A stretch of DNA of 63,993 nucleotides, the filler included, from Bigelowiella natans CCMP2755 (taxonomy: Eukaryota > Protista > Cercozoa), in assembly GCA_000320545.1 (NCBI GenBank). It is 7 parts of 7 records of this genome, joined end to end, with 100 filler letters (N's around TTAATTAATTAA, not from the genome) between each part and the next. Parts side by side here need not be neighbours in the genome. Positions count along the whole stretch, not along the records: positions 1 to 23,761 come from ADNK01001674.1; positions 23,862 to 43,424 come from ADNK01002503.1; 5 more parts are not named here. One strand, given 5' to 3'. Both the position numbers and the translations under genes were made by a program. Of this stretch, positions 12,429 to 25,532 are shown one piece after another. The first letter of the stretch is position 1. Each line of letters starts with the position of its first letter. A model generated the notes under the pieces. The model was not told where the DNA came from. It did not search any database and saw nothing but the letters and a program-made list of their open reading frames with translations.

Positions 12429-15400
12429 TCATTTTTCTGGGTCTTTCCTCGCAGCCACAACAGTGAAGCTTTCGTCACAGCTTTTTTTCCTTCTTTTGGA
12501 TTTGACGTGGATTTCTGCAAGCTTGCCAAGTTCGCGGAGCTCATTCAAATATCCGGAACTGGGCCAACCAACCAAATCTTGCTTGTTCAACTCTGGAATG
12601 TTAGTGGGCATTTCGTCTGTGCAGCAGGAATCTCCAACGGCCACACTCCCGGCACTTTCCGGCTCATCAAGGAGATTCTTCGTGCTGCCACAGCTCTCGA
12701 TCAGGCGATTCTTCAAGTGAAGCTTGAGACCACGCAATCCATGGCGTTGGCTTGCAATTGAGAAATCGACCTTGTCGCGGATTTCCAAGTCGTTCTGGAA
12801 CTCAGTGGTGCCAGCGTCCTTTGCGTCATCGTGCAGTTCTTCGACATCTTCGAAGACTGAGTCCCGTTGAGGCGGCATGAAAGACAGATGAAAGTCCTCA
12901 CACGTCACGTGATCCACCACAGTGTTGCTGGGGTGCAAAGCGTTGGGGTTGGGTAATGGGTTGCTGCTTTCATGGGGCTCATTCCGACAAGTGCGATGTT
13001 GAACACCATCGTCCCTGGTGATGTTGATGCGTTGAGCATTGACCTTCCTTTCGGATTTTGAGAAGGAGGAAACGGTGTTGTTGTTGATGATGACGCTGTT
13101 GCCGCTGCTGTCATTTCCATCCTCTTCGTTGTTGTCGTTGTTGTCGTGGATGGCGGCGCGATTCGACGATTTCATTTCCTCTTGAAAGTTGTTCTGGCGA
13201 GGGGAACTGCATTGACATCCAAAATGTAAAGGAATGTGGGAAACTAATGAAGACAACGGGAACACACTAGATGCAACATGTGAGCATGATCATCGATTTT
13301 GCAGCGTTTTTCACAAATATGATGAATCAAATGAAAACAAAATGAAATGTGGAACCTTTTGCTTGTAGAACTCCTCAATCCAGATCCTACTTTGACATCG
13401 TCATCAGAGGAAGAAGCAATGCCGCCAATGAAGTGATCTTCCTTTCCATGCTCGCGAGCTTCCTTGTTGCGATCTCTGCATTTGTTGTTAGGAGAACCAC
13501 AGTTCCTACGTTGGGGCCTTCTGGATTTGAGAGTTGCTTTGCTTTGGCAGCGAATTTCACTTTCATCATCGCTGCTGATAACATTCTCTTTTCTCCCAAT
13601 CTTGCGAGCTTCTTGATTGTAAGCTCTATATTTTTTCATGGATGATTTTAGTTTTTCAGTGCCTCGGAGAAAAATCAATAGCAAAGCATGCTAAATGACA
13701 TTTCAAACGTACCTTGCAGCGTCCTTTTCAGAATCGTAGTAGCCTAAGTGAAATTGCTTTGCGTTGTGAGAAATTTGTGCTTTAAACCTCTTCTTTTGTT
13801 TCTCGAAATATACTCCTTTGTACTTAGAAGAGAAACCACGTTTCTTACGTTGCGGCCTTCTAAATTTGCGAGTTGCTTCGCTCTGGCTGCGACCATCACT
13901 TTCATCATCGCTGCTGATGACATTCTCTTTTTTCCCAACCCTGCGAGCTTCTTGATTGTAAGCTCTATGTTTGTTAATAAGCGGATCATAATGTGCAGTG
14001 CTTCGATGAAATTTAATAGCAAAGCATGCTAAATGCCATACCAAACGTACCTTGCAGCGTCCTTTTCAGAATCGTAGTAGCCTAGGTGAAAATTATTTGT
14101 ATTGTGGCAAATACGTGCTATAAACCCTTTCTGTTGTTTATGGAAAGATACTCCTTTGTACTTAGAGGAGGAACAACGTTTCCTACGTTGTGGCCTTCTA
14201 AATTTGCGAGTTGCTTCGCTCTGGCTGCGACCATCACTTTCATCATCGCTGCTGATGACATTCTCTTTTTTCCCTAGCCTGCGAGCTTCTTGATTGTAAG
14301 CTCTATGTTTGTTAATGGGCGGATCATAATTTGCAGTGCTTCGATGACAAAGCATGCTAAATGCCATACCAAACGTACCTTGCTGCGTCTTTTTCAGAAT
14401 CGTATATGCCTAAGTAAAATTCCTTTGCGCTGTGGTAAATACGTGCTTCATATCTGTTGACTACTCCTTTGTTAAGAGTCATTCCTTTGTACTTAGAAGA
14501 GGAACTACGTTTCCTACGTTGGGGCCTTCTAGATTTGCGAGTTGCTCCACTTTGGCTACGACCATCACTTTCATCATCGCCGCTGATAACAATTTCTTTT
14601 CTCCCAAGCCTGCGAGCTTCTTGATTGTAAGCTCTATGTTTGTTAATGGGTGGATCATAATTTGCAGTGCTTCGATGAAATTTAATAGCAAGGCATGCTT
14701 AATGCCATACCAAACGTACCTTGCAGCGTCCTTTTCAGAATCGTATATGCCTAAGTGGAATTTCTTTGCGTTGTAATGAATGTATGCTTCAAACCTCTTC
14801 TGTTGTTTATGGAAACATACTCCTTTGTACTTAGAGGAGGAACCACGTTTCCTACGTTGTGGCCTTCTAGATTTGCGAGTGGCTTCGCTCTGGCTGTGAC
14901 CCTCACTTTCATCATCGCTGTGGAAATATGCCTTTTTGTACTCACAAGAACGACGTTTCTTACGTCGAAGCGTTCTAGATTTGCGAGTTGCTTTGATTTG
15001 ACTCCTCACTTCATTTACATCCTCGCTGCTAACGACGTGTTCTTTGATGCGAAGCTTGCGAGCTTTCTCGTTATAAGCTCTATGATTATTAAAAGACAGG
15101 CCATAGGTTTAATTTACCCGGAAACAATTCTCCTCAGAACACACGGATATATACATAAATACGTCTCAACTCTCGACTACTAGCTGTGTTTAGATCCCCT
15201 CATGTGCCTTATCTGTTCATATGCGAGCACGAAGGAGAACCACGGCGACGAGTGTACCTCACAGCTTCCATCAGAGATTTGTAGCAACCAATGTATCCAC
15301 GGAGTTGGGCAATAAATCGTTTTCCTTTTTTATTATAAGAAATCCCTTTGTACTTCGAACAAGATCTTTCGGCACTTTGTTCAGATGCTGCTTCCTGCCC

Positions 15401-15565
15401 ACTGCCTTGCTCGCCATTGCTGGATCGATCCGCATCATCCTCCTCCTCAGATTCCTGATATTCTGTAGAATCTGACTCGTGTGCGTTGTCAGAATCAACA
15501 GAATATGCTGTCTCGATGGGATCACTCCTCGAGCCTTGCCTCCCCGTTGTTGTGGAGAGCTTCAT
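12429..15565 (-). CDS. Multi-AP2/ERF-domain DNA-binding protein (5 AP2 domains) with a long C-terminal exon
   Basis: Repeats such as SKYKGVYFEKQKKRFKAQISHNAKQFHLGYYDSEKDAAR|AYN. Exons: 15565-15258, 15079-14720, 14633-14379, 14302-14051, 13964-13713, 13625-~13350 and ~13207-12429. GT-AG introns restore one reading frame. Confidence 0.85.
13500..14920. repeat. Tandem array of ~338-bp intron+exon units inside the AP2 gene
   Basis: Near-identical introns at 13626-13712, 13965-14050, 14303-14378 and 14634-14719 alternate with ~252-bp exons. Confidence 0.9.
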
Positions 15566-16458
15566 TGTTGCCGCTATTCAGATGAAATGTGAGGGGCGCA
15601 CTCCTTACTTCGAGCGCTTACTAATCTTTAACATTAAGGATGTCGTAATGCACGATTGCATGGGATTTTGTGGATATTCAAGAGATTAGTTCTCTCCTCG
15701 GCGATAACGATATTCGGGCAAATTAGGCCTGCCTTTTTACTAAATTTTGCAATGTTTGGTGGCAAATGATTCTGCCGATAAATTCTTCAAAAAATTCGTG
15801 CTGAGTATCCGTGTATTGAGAGATTGTTGATCGCTTGCTATCACTTATAAAAAATCAATGATGGTTTCTTTTTGCATGTACGACATGAAAAAACCCTTCA
15901 TAAATGAAATAATTAGAGCACTTGATCTTTTGCATTTCCGGACTAGTGTCTGGAAGCTACACCACCTGTTCTCTTGGCCCCGTGCTCCAACTGGCTGCCC
16001 CACCATGTTCGTAACGCAGGACATTTCTTTCTAATCAAATCCTGAAAGCCTGTCGCACAATATAGTTCGAAGGACATTCTCGGCAGATTCTCTCTAGGGA
16101 AAAGCCCTCACCAGTCTAAACCCCATCGAAGGTTGCACTGGACGAGTCTGAACACGTTTTTTTCCGGGAGGTGGGCTTGGGGAGGGCATGCGGACGCATG
16201 CTTACTGGGAAGATCTACACGGTTCTAATCAAGCCAAGCAATAAATCCTGAATTGCTATGTTTATGTTTAGGAGCTTGTGGAGGGGGTGGCAACGCCTGT
16301 TCCTACGTAATTCCAAACGCGCTCACACCTGTTGACTAGCAGAACTAGTTCCAACAAGAATTACCCATATCATACAGCTTACACAGCTTCCCAACCCCGT
16401 TGGAAAATCGTACTTTCGTATAGTTTCTTCGCTAGCCTGTCTGAAATCCCTTCGCGAG

Positions 16459-19400
16459 ATGGAGAGGACCAGGAGATTTCGTGCTATCACGGTCCGCCGA
16501 CAGAACGTGGGCAGGATGTTGCCGTGCATGTTCCTCTTCTTCTTCGTAGGCACAGCTGCCGTCATACTGCATAGAAATGGTAATGGTGAAATAAAGCACC
16601 ACCGCACATACTCGACGTGTCCTAACGCTGTTTAATAATTTCTTTTACTTCGTCTATCCTCGGTCTCGGTAGCCCCTCTGCACAGGCTTGCATCGACTCA
16701 TAGTTCCAGATTTTCTGGGGACTATTGTTCGCATAAACCATTGCTACAGCGGAGCTTGGGGAGGAGACCAGCCCCTCCTCGATCGCTGCGGCTGAAAGCA
16801 GTTGAGAACCAACCTAGTTCAAGTACAGGTAGGATAACCTACTGACTGTGTGATGATGATAATAGTGATGATGCTCATACCGCTGATGATAATAGTGATG
16901 ATGCTGATGATGATGATGGTGACGCTGATGACGCGAATGATCAAGGTCATCGCAATAGAGAACACGTTGAGCTAGGACCGACAATGTTGTAGCAGCTGCA
17001 AGAAACTATTCCCCTTTAAGATCTGATCTTGCGTATGGCCCCGTGCTGCCAATGCAAGAGGGGCACAGTTGCTGTCTTCATCCTGACACTCCATTAACTA
17101 TTGTAGACATCATATGGACATCGGAAGGCTCACGATTTCGGGTTTTGGACGAAGAAGACATGGAATCGGTACGCTTCACGTTTCTTTATAAGAGCGCTAT
17201 GCACCAGCTCTCATTTCCCCTTGCATCTCCCTCTTACTCGGTGGCTTTGCAACCGTTTTACAGGTTGGAAAACCGACACCCTCCGATTTCTACGAGCTTC
17301 TGAATATCGGAGAGAACGCCAACAAAACGCAGCTAAAGAAGGCGTACCGAGCGATCTTCAGGTTGGAGCTTCATCCAGAAGGATATAGATAAATGCCGCT
17401 AGAGCTTACGCGAGCACGGGAGATTCGCGGGTGTAATCATTTCTTTCTCTACAGGCAATGCCATCCAGACGTTGTGGGGTCGGAAGCTAATGATGTCTGC
17501 GAATTGGTCAGGAGATGATAGTATAGAATTTGCATTGTGTGGGGTTTTACGTGCTCGCAACTCCGATCCTCTGAGAGGCTAAGTGATTTGACAGGTCAAT
17601 ATAGCTTATGACATTCTCTCGGATGAAGAGCAGAGATCAATGTACTTATGGCAGCATAACTTTGTTTCGATGCGGTTGAACAACATTTGCATTACCGTCA
17701 GAGATTCGAATATTTTATAATATAATTTGTGTGTGTACGTGTGTGTTTGTGAGCATCCTGTTTCATTTGATTAAACAGCCTGTCTCTATTTGTGGACAAT
17801 ATGTTTCAACGAAGTGACGACTATATTATGATGGTTTTGGTCATCATCTTGTTTCCTTAGCTACGATAGTGAGCTGGAGCAGTACAAGAAAATGGAGGTT
17901 GGCTTTTAAGATTTGGGGGGGGGGGGCAGGGTTAGCAGCAACTGTGGATGCGTACGAGAAGTTGAATATTCGATATTATGATATAGCATATTCCAGCACT
18001 AGTAGACGATCACAGCAACTTGGAAATCTGTGTGTATGTGCGCACGCACAAGTGAGTGAGTGAGTGTGTGTGTGTGTGTGTGTGATTTGGCTGAGAAAAG
18101 CGCACTGGAACTAGGAAGCATCATCTCAAAGAGAGATTTCCAAATACAGATACATATCTGCGTCTCATGTATTTCCTTCTTCGTCCGTCTCCCCCCCCCC
18201 TCTCAGGGTGAGGCCTTCGATGGCAGACCTAAGAGCGAATGGGGTCCCAATGCAAATGTCACAGAAAACAGAGCGGTTGGTGCTGAATCAGATAGTAAAT
18301 CTACTCCATCAAATACCGGCTGCTGCTGCTGCACATTTATCCAAAATGGCTGCTGTTGGAAACGACATCATTTGTATTATATGGGAGACTTCACGATCAC
18401 CTTCCAGGTTGCTGTTTTGATTTGCGTTCTTCCCCATTATTCCAGATATTTGTGGACGAGCTGACGTGCATCGGTAGTAGCTGTAGGAAGACGAGAGGGG
18501 GGGAGGGGAGGAGATTAATCGTAAGTAACGCAATCAGCCCCGAGAAGCGAGATGGAGAACGAGAGTCTACATATGTTGTGCTTGGCTCGTAGTTTGCTTC
18601 AATAAGCGCTTATTTGGAAAGCACAACCTTGCTGCATCATTGATTCCTTAGGCTGTCGAATGTGCTCTGGGGTTGCTCCTGAGACGTTTGGAATAGAGGA
18701 GACGTGGGGAAGAGCGAGGGTTAGCATTCTTCCCTAGCTTCTTGGTGTTCTTGATGAAAGCTATGGGGATGGTGAAAGGCATGATGAAAGTGTGATGGTA
18801 GCAGCAGGGGTGATATACATCGAATCTCTATAACGAATCGTTGCATTTGTTGCTTGAAAAACATGCTCCAGGTAAAAACGCAATGGGGAAACACTGAGGA
18901 GAACATCGCCGATGCCATAGATTCCTGTCCAGTGGACTGCATCTATTGGGTATACTTATCGTTATCATTATCAGTAATAGTGGTAGCGAGGAAGGAGGGC
19001 CTGGAGGCGTGTGCTGACTCCTCGAAATAGAAAATGCACGACGATGCAAATCACCACGCCGTGACTTTCTCTCCCGCGGCATTGCTACGGGGAATGAACA
19101 TGTCCTGTGGTTGCTTTGAGAGTCGTATGAAGTCTTAGCTGCGCTCCTCTTCGGCATTGTGGTTGATGTTGCTTTTGCTTTGGGAACTAGTTGGCATGTG
19201 TCATGGAGAGGCATGGTAGTAATGGAGGTTCATTTCGCGGATTACTTCCAAGCTTGCGTGTTAATTGTGCTAGGCTAATCCTTTCGGCGCATTACCCCCT
19301 ACCCTTCATTTTTGCTCTTAGGTGCAAAGAAAGCAGCTCCCTTTACTCGAGTACATCATGGGCGTCTGCAACCGCATAAAGTAAGCAGTAGCATCATGAC

Positions 19401-19960
19401 GATAGCCTTTCAAATCAGACGTTGCACTCTGGATTGCACACATAAAGACCTTGGAAGACAGCACTGTATAAATATTCATGGTGCGCATTTATATATCAGT
19501 ATCGCGGCAATGATGAACGGACGCATGTCCCCGGATAACCCATTCCAGCGTGCCGAGTCTTTCCTAAAGTCTAGGAAGAACTCCAAGGTGCTTTGGCCTT
19601 CTCAAGCTCCCTCCTCCCCTCCCTTCTTCCGCCTACGCTTGCTGGCTGCTGTTTTGCCTACGGAGGCGATTGTTTTGTTTGGAGTTGATGAATGTCTGAT
19701 TGGTTGGTTGGTGTTGCCGTGCATCATGTAGATCGACGCATCGTACAACCGCGACACGCTTCGCATTCACAACGACAAGCTCCAGGTACTTTATAGTGCG
19801 GGACCCTGCTGCCCACTTTTCATAAATATATAAAGATGTAGCAAAACGAATTCTCCCCCCGTTTGGTCAAGTCAAATGAGCACGGTTTTCGTTTCAAATG
19901 CCCGTTGGGAGGGCGGGGGAGGAGGAGACGGAGATGAAACTGTATATGCGGCCATGTGCA

Positions 19961-20002
<42 letters not shown>

Positions 20003-20267
20003 TCTCTCTCCCTCTCTCTGCTCGAGGAGGAGCTTCTCTCGTCGTCGATGCCTTACACACGCCTTTTCCTCTATGCTTCTTCTGTGCGTACAAACCAATC
20101 AGTCTGCGATAGCCAATGCATGGCTGCAGCTCCCCAACCACATTCGGGAGGATCTTTGGCCCAAATACAGCAAGTTTCAGGAGGGGGAGGACGGAGCTCA
20201 GGAGGGCCAAGAAGGGGGGGGGGGGGAAGGGAGCTCTAGAGAGTCGGATGTGGAGATTCTGACATAA
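16459..20267 (+). CDS. Plastid-targeted DnaJ + 4Fe-4S ferredoxin-domain co-chaperone (CDJ3/4/5-like)
   Basis: Spliced exons give the leader MERTRRFRAITVRRQNVGRMLPCMFLFFFVGTAAVILHRN...RSLRLKAVE. J domain: DFYELLNIGENANKTQLKKAYR, CHPDVVG, VNIAYDILSDEEQRSMYD. Ferredoxin: IFVDELTCIGCRMCSGVAPETF...AIDSCPVDCIYW. C-terminus: SAIANAWLQLPNHIREDLWP. Stop TAA at 20265-20267. Confidence 0.9.
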
Positions 20268-21099
20268 CGCGCTGGGGATAGCAGCTTATGAGCCTGCTGC
20301 TTTCGTTTTGACTATCATCGGCTGGGGTTTGTTTTGCTCCGTATCGATAATTACCTGTCTGTCTAAGATTGCCTGAACAAAAACGAGGGGGAGGGGGTGA
20401 AGCTCTGCTGGGAGCGAAGCCGTATTACTTTGTATAGAAACTGTTGTCGTGGGTCCCTTACGGCAGCCCATCCGCCAATTCTCTACTAAAACGATCTTTT
20501 TTTTCCGAAGACTCTCTACATAACATCAACCTTCTCTAGTAGTTTCTCTACCTCTCTCACTCACATCCCTAAATACTCAAAAACCCTCCTCTCCCTCTTT
20601 CTAACGCCATGAAGGGAATACTTCTCCAAGTAGATAAATACTCTAAGAACTTCTCATATGTTGGGCTTTTTTTGTGCTTGATAAAAGAAACCGTGCCGTT
20701 TCAACACCATCGTCGTCGTGTGAGCTCACGCGTCGTTACCCACAGCTGCAAAAGCCACATTGCATGCCTAACGAACACACGACATATCTAGGTATACGCA
20801 CATGCCCCCCTATTGTATCTATTTTTAAATCTAATACGTTTGTTGTGAATACACACTACATGACTGCATAAAGTTTAAAATCACATGATCAAAATCACAG
20901 TGATGCCTAACACCTAATGGCGACGAGCAGCCCGCCCGCCCACATTTATGATGAACGCGTGCATGTGCACGCGATGGGGCGTACAAGTGTTGACTGCCAC
21001 AATCTGTGACGAGCGTGAGATTAAGCGCTCAATGTTAACTCGTCTGCGACAGTGAAGAAGGAAATGATGGAAACATGTACGTGAATGCCTGGAATGCAG

Positions 21100-21720
21100 A
21101 TCACACACCAAATCCATGCCAGTTGCACACGTTTGCTAGCAAACTGCAAATCGAACATTCCAGCATTCTAGCATTGTCGACACGTAGCAGCATGATGTGA
21201 GCTGATTTTTCTTGTTCAGGAAGAAATTGCGTAGCAAATGCAGACGAATGGAAATGAACACGCCCAGATGCAACAAAATGCTCATTAGAATGTTGGAAAT
21301 TCGTTGAAATCGCTGAGAATTTGGGACGACGCAAGCAAAAGCTGTGACTTTTTCCGCATTGATCCCGCAGCTTGCTAGCTTGGCGCTTCGATTTTTCGAT
21401 TACAATTGATTTTGCTCGTCGAAGTAGCCATGCTATCTGTAGGATCGCGTAATCGACGAGCTTGCAGTCTTGCATCCTCATCACAAGGAACCACCTTCAA
21501 CTGGCTAGCTGGACACCTTGTTGGACGAGAACGAGAAAGAACGATCAACAAGTCTTCCTTGCCCGTGCAAGGAAGAAACCAGCATCACCGCCACACACTC
21601 ACCTCAAACACAAAGCATCAACGGAAAGCTCCAGCCCCCCCCCCCTACAGCCAGCACAAGATCACCGAGGTGGACATGAGTTCACTTGAAGGAATGAACC
21701 ACCACTTCCTGAGGATGTCA
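21100..21720. repeat. Decayed CpG-depleted patch B
   Basis: TG/CA/CTAG-rich. It shares short words with patch C, for example caactggctagctgga at ~21500 and ~30472. Confidence 0.45.
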
Positions 21721-22068
21721 TGATCATGATCATGATCATGCAAATCATCGCGACAACCTGCATCCCAACCTCGAAAATCCAGGATGAAATTTATGTGCGA
21801 CAACAAAAAGTGCATATCTCCTCCTACTTACAACAAACTCGCGCTTCAATTCGAATTAGGCGCCACTTTCGTATGTTTCTCGCCGATCATGTCAACCCGT
21901 TTTCGCCAGTCCGATTTGCCATGTTGATCGCCCAGAAGAAAGACGATTTAGATGGGTTTCGATGCCGAAAACATCGTAGAAAATTTTGAACTTTTCGCAC
22001 GAGCGTCTTGGATTCAAAAACCTGTTTTCGGAAGCACCGGCTGCTGCAACCCCTCACCCCCCTCCGAT

Positions 22069-23642
22069 GGCCGGCGCTGTCCGGCGCTGTGCGAGGGCCA
22101 CGCTGGGATACAACGTCAGAGGGCTCAGCCATCTCATCGTTTTTATGACCCTCTTGTCTTTGTATCTTACACATCGGATTGTAAATAGCGAAGAGACTAG
22201 AGTTGAGCACAGAAATCTTGCGACGGAAATCGGCGGGGAATGCCACGAGGGTGGGAGCGACTCGGGACATCGTCGGGATCATGGGTTTAAGCTACCGCGT
22301 TTGTCGTTGCGTGTTGACGAAGGGCTGGGTGGGCAGCTGCAGACGAATCTTGAAGAGCAGCCCTATTCTCGAAAGGGAGAAACAAGCCATTTAAGGTAAC
22401 TACAATGCAATGGCGGTTCTAGATCTGCACAACGTCTATGTACTTTTGCTGTCGTTTGTAATCCTTTTTGTCCGTCGATAGTGTATTCTCGATGTCGAAG
22501 CCAGTATCTGTATATCGTAGAAGCACGCATATATGCTGGCATGACGACCTGTACTTGTTTCAGAAGAGACGCGGCTCTACCGATATTATATTATTGAAGC
22601 TTGACTATGATAAAATTTATAGGCGTAGATTTCCCTCGCAAACCCGGGTTCGAACGGAAGGTCATCAAGCTGCCTTAGTGATGATGGCGTTGCGTGGAGG
22701 AAGCACTGCCTTCAGCAACTACGAATGGGGGGGAGAGCCCAGAGCACGTTCAATCAGTCAAGGTCATATAGCTGGACATTTACAATTTTAGTTCGTTCAC
22801 GTTTAATACAATCCCCTCCTCGTCTTTCCCTCTCCTCCTCCCCCCCCCCCCTTTTTCTTTTTTGCCTGAATCAAATGAACCATCCAAGTGCAAGGAGGAA
22901 GTGTTCCAGGAGAATATTACTACGGAGCAGGAGTCGCCACAAGGAGTTCTATCAACAACGATGGATATGCCCCTCCTCCTCCCCCCCCTCCTCCTCCTCC
23001 TGCTGCTGCTGCATCCTCGCGAGGCTCTAGCAGGGGGCGCAGTAGAAGTTTAGGTACATTACATCTTGTCCACGAAATATGTTAATTTTTTGGCTGTTTC
23101 GCGCTTGTTTTACAGACTTACAGCTGAAGTTGTATGTTCTTTTCATCATTTTTACATCTGCAAACACAAATGACTCACCTCCGAGTCACAATTGCCATCG
23201 ATTATATAAAAAATAAGTTCGCAACAGAAGTATATATGCATATGTACATACGTAATTGTGCTTTGAAATATACACAGCGACTCAGATGGAGGGGGCTGCT
23301 CCTCCCACTCTAATAACAACTGGGAGGCCCCCCTCCCCAACGGTATTTAACAAGCAGCCGCCCCTCACAACGCCGATCAAGGACGATTCCCTTCCAACCC
23401 CCCCCCCTCCCACTACTGCGGGGGGCACATACTACTACTATAATACCAACAATAATGGCGAGGCGCCCAGCAATGAGCGCAGCACCAGTATCAGCAACAA
23501 TGATAATGGCGAGCCCTTATACGGGACAAAACCGCCCTCCCCCCCCTCTCGTTCCCTGACTGAGATACCTGCTCTGGCATCAATAGGCCCCTTCTATGGC
23601 ATAGAAAGTTGTTTTGGTCATGGTTCTGCGGCAAGCCCTTGA
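22069..23642 (+). CDS. Hypothetical protein with an N-terminal hydrophobic segment and Pro-rich C-terminus
   Basis: MAGAVRRCARATLGYNVRGLSHLIVFMTLLSLYLTH..., donor GT after 22395. Later exons contain MMALRGGST, GEYYYGAG...PPPP and ATQMEGAAPP...SP-stop. Confidence 0.5.
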
Positions 23643-23761
23643 TCGGGGAAGAATGGCGGGGGGGGTTGGGGAGGGAATCCGTCCTTGATCGGCGTTGTTG
23701 GGGGCGGCTGCTTGTTAAATACCGTTGGGGGGAGGGGGGGCCTCCCAGGTGGTTTTTAGAG

Positions 23762-23861
23762 NNNNNNNNNNNNNNNNNNNNNNNNNNNNNNNNNNNNNNN
23801 NNNNNTTAATTAATTAANNNNNNNNNNNNNNNNNNNNNNNNNNNNNNNNNNNNNNNNNNNN
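23762..23861. other. Assembly gap placeholder
   Basis: 44 N + TTAATTAATTAA + 44 N. Confidence 0.98.
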
Positions 23862-23899
23862 CCCTTTTTTTTTTTTTTTTTCTCTCTCTCTCTCTCCCT

Positions 23900-25241
23900 A
23901 CCCCCCCCCCCGCCCTCCCTTCCCTCCTGCCCCCCACTCGCCCGTACCGTGGCTTTGCCGGTCCTCTTCACTACCGCTGCAGCTGTTGCGCTGTCGAATT
24001 CGCTCACCTGCCGCATGATGATATGAGGAGAATTTTACTACCGAAACATGTTCTGAACGACAGTCTGATTGTTGTTTTCCTACTGCAAGGTTTCCCTTCC
24101 ATCCTATATTACCTTCTCCACGGGTGTCTTCGAAAGCTTCTCGATAAAACCTACATGATCGACCCATGACGTAACAAGCGTATTCAGAGCCCGTCCTAAA
24201 TCTCGAAATACGAAGTCACGGTTGGTTTAGCGCGTTTCTACCACTGCATTGCGCAAACATATCCGGATGAGAATGTATTGCCTCGATATCCTCCTGAGAG
24301 ATGAGGAGCACAGTTCAGGATTAGGTTCATTTTTTTTTTTTTTTAAAGTGAAAGAATGGCGATTTTCCCACATACTGCTTTCGTGCCGGGGAGAGCGGAG
24401 AGGCAGTGCGAGTCAATTACACTGATTTCACCAACGATGTTGACCTAATAACCCAGCAGGGGTAAGCATATAAATCACTGAGCAATTTGCTGTATAAATT
24501 CCACTAAAAGACCGGAGATAGAATAATTACCTTCTGGTACTTTAATAAGCAATCGAGGCACCTGTAAACAAGACACAAACTATCCTGAACACATAGCCCC
24601 CCCCCCCCCCCCCCGACACAGCGAACGCATTGTTCCGAATCGCAACGATCTGCAATGGTGTGTATACCTAGCAAAGCTTCCGCTCCATGTCGATTCAATG
24701 GGAACCTGAAATGTGCTCGTAATAAGCAACTGACGCAGAAAGGAGGAGGCTACAGCGAACCATTCCAGCCTGAGAAGAGCCGTCCGCCACGGACTTGAAC
24801 ACCCCCTATTAAATAGCGTGTGAATGCTCTGCTGATCTCTGGTTACTGAAGCAGGATTGGTTGAGAGAGCGCTCAGTGGTTCACCTCAAATGACGGCATG
24901 CCGACAGCCGTCGTTTTCAGCCCAGCTTTCTTGAAAAATTTCCTTTGTTTGGTGATACACACAATCTTGACACCGTTGCTTCGAATGTATTCAACTCTCA
25001 TACTGTGCAGCGACGTCGGTGAAGGAGCCTTTGGATCCTAGAAACGCAACGCTAATTGCTTTTCCTTCCGGAGTTTTGGAATCCGCGAAGCCCTGCATGC
25101 ATGAGTGTGGGTCAACCAATCATCACGTCCCACCCCCTCACGTTCTGTTGCGGAAATTCTATGTCAAATGCTCACGGCTACCTTATTGATAAGTTTCACA
25201 AATTCCGCAGAACTGTCGACCGGGTTGTTCGTGGAGGCCAT
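23900..25241 (-). CDS. pheA: Prephenate/arogenate dehydratase-like protein, with the 3' end lost in the gap
   Basis: Spliced exons read ISVAFLGSKGSFTDVAA, GMPSFE|GVFKSVADG, VPIESTWSGSFAR|CLDCLLKYQK|VNIVGEISVIDSHCLSALPGTK, EDIEAIHSHPDMFAQCS and EFDSATAAAVVK. These are collinear with PDT motifs (xAYxGxxGAYS, PxENSxxGS, IVGExxLxxHHCL, SHPQALAQC). Confidence 0.85.
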
Positions 25242-25532
25242 TGTGCTGAGCGTAGCATGGAGCCCTCAAATCGGGAAGGATAACAATGGGGTGTTGTGCG
25301 TGCGTGTTATTCGCAAGCAGTGGCCGATCCAGAGAGAAAGAGAGAGAGAGAGAGAGAGATGTGTAGCTGACACTTCCTTCCAATAGAATCTCATGGTAAG
25401 GGAGAGAGCTCCCCCGCCCCCCACCGCCCCACCCCCCCACCCATACCTCCTACCTACTCCACACTCACCACCGGATATATATCTTATTATTTTGCTGGAA
25501 AACACACAGAATTGGGAATTTCCCCTCGCGAC

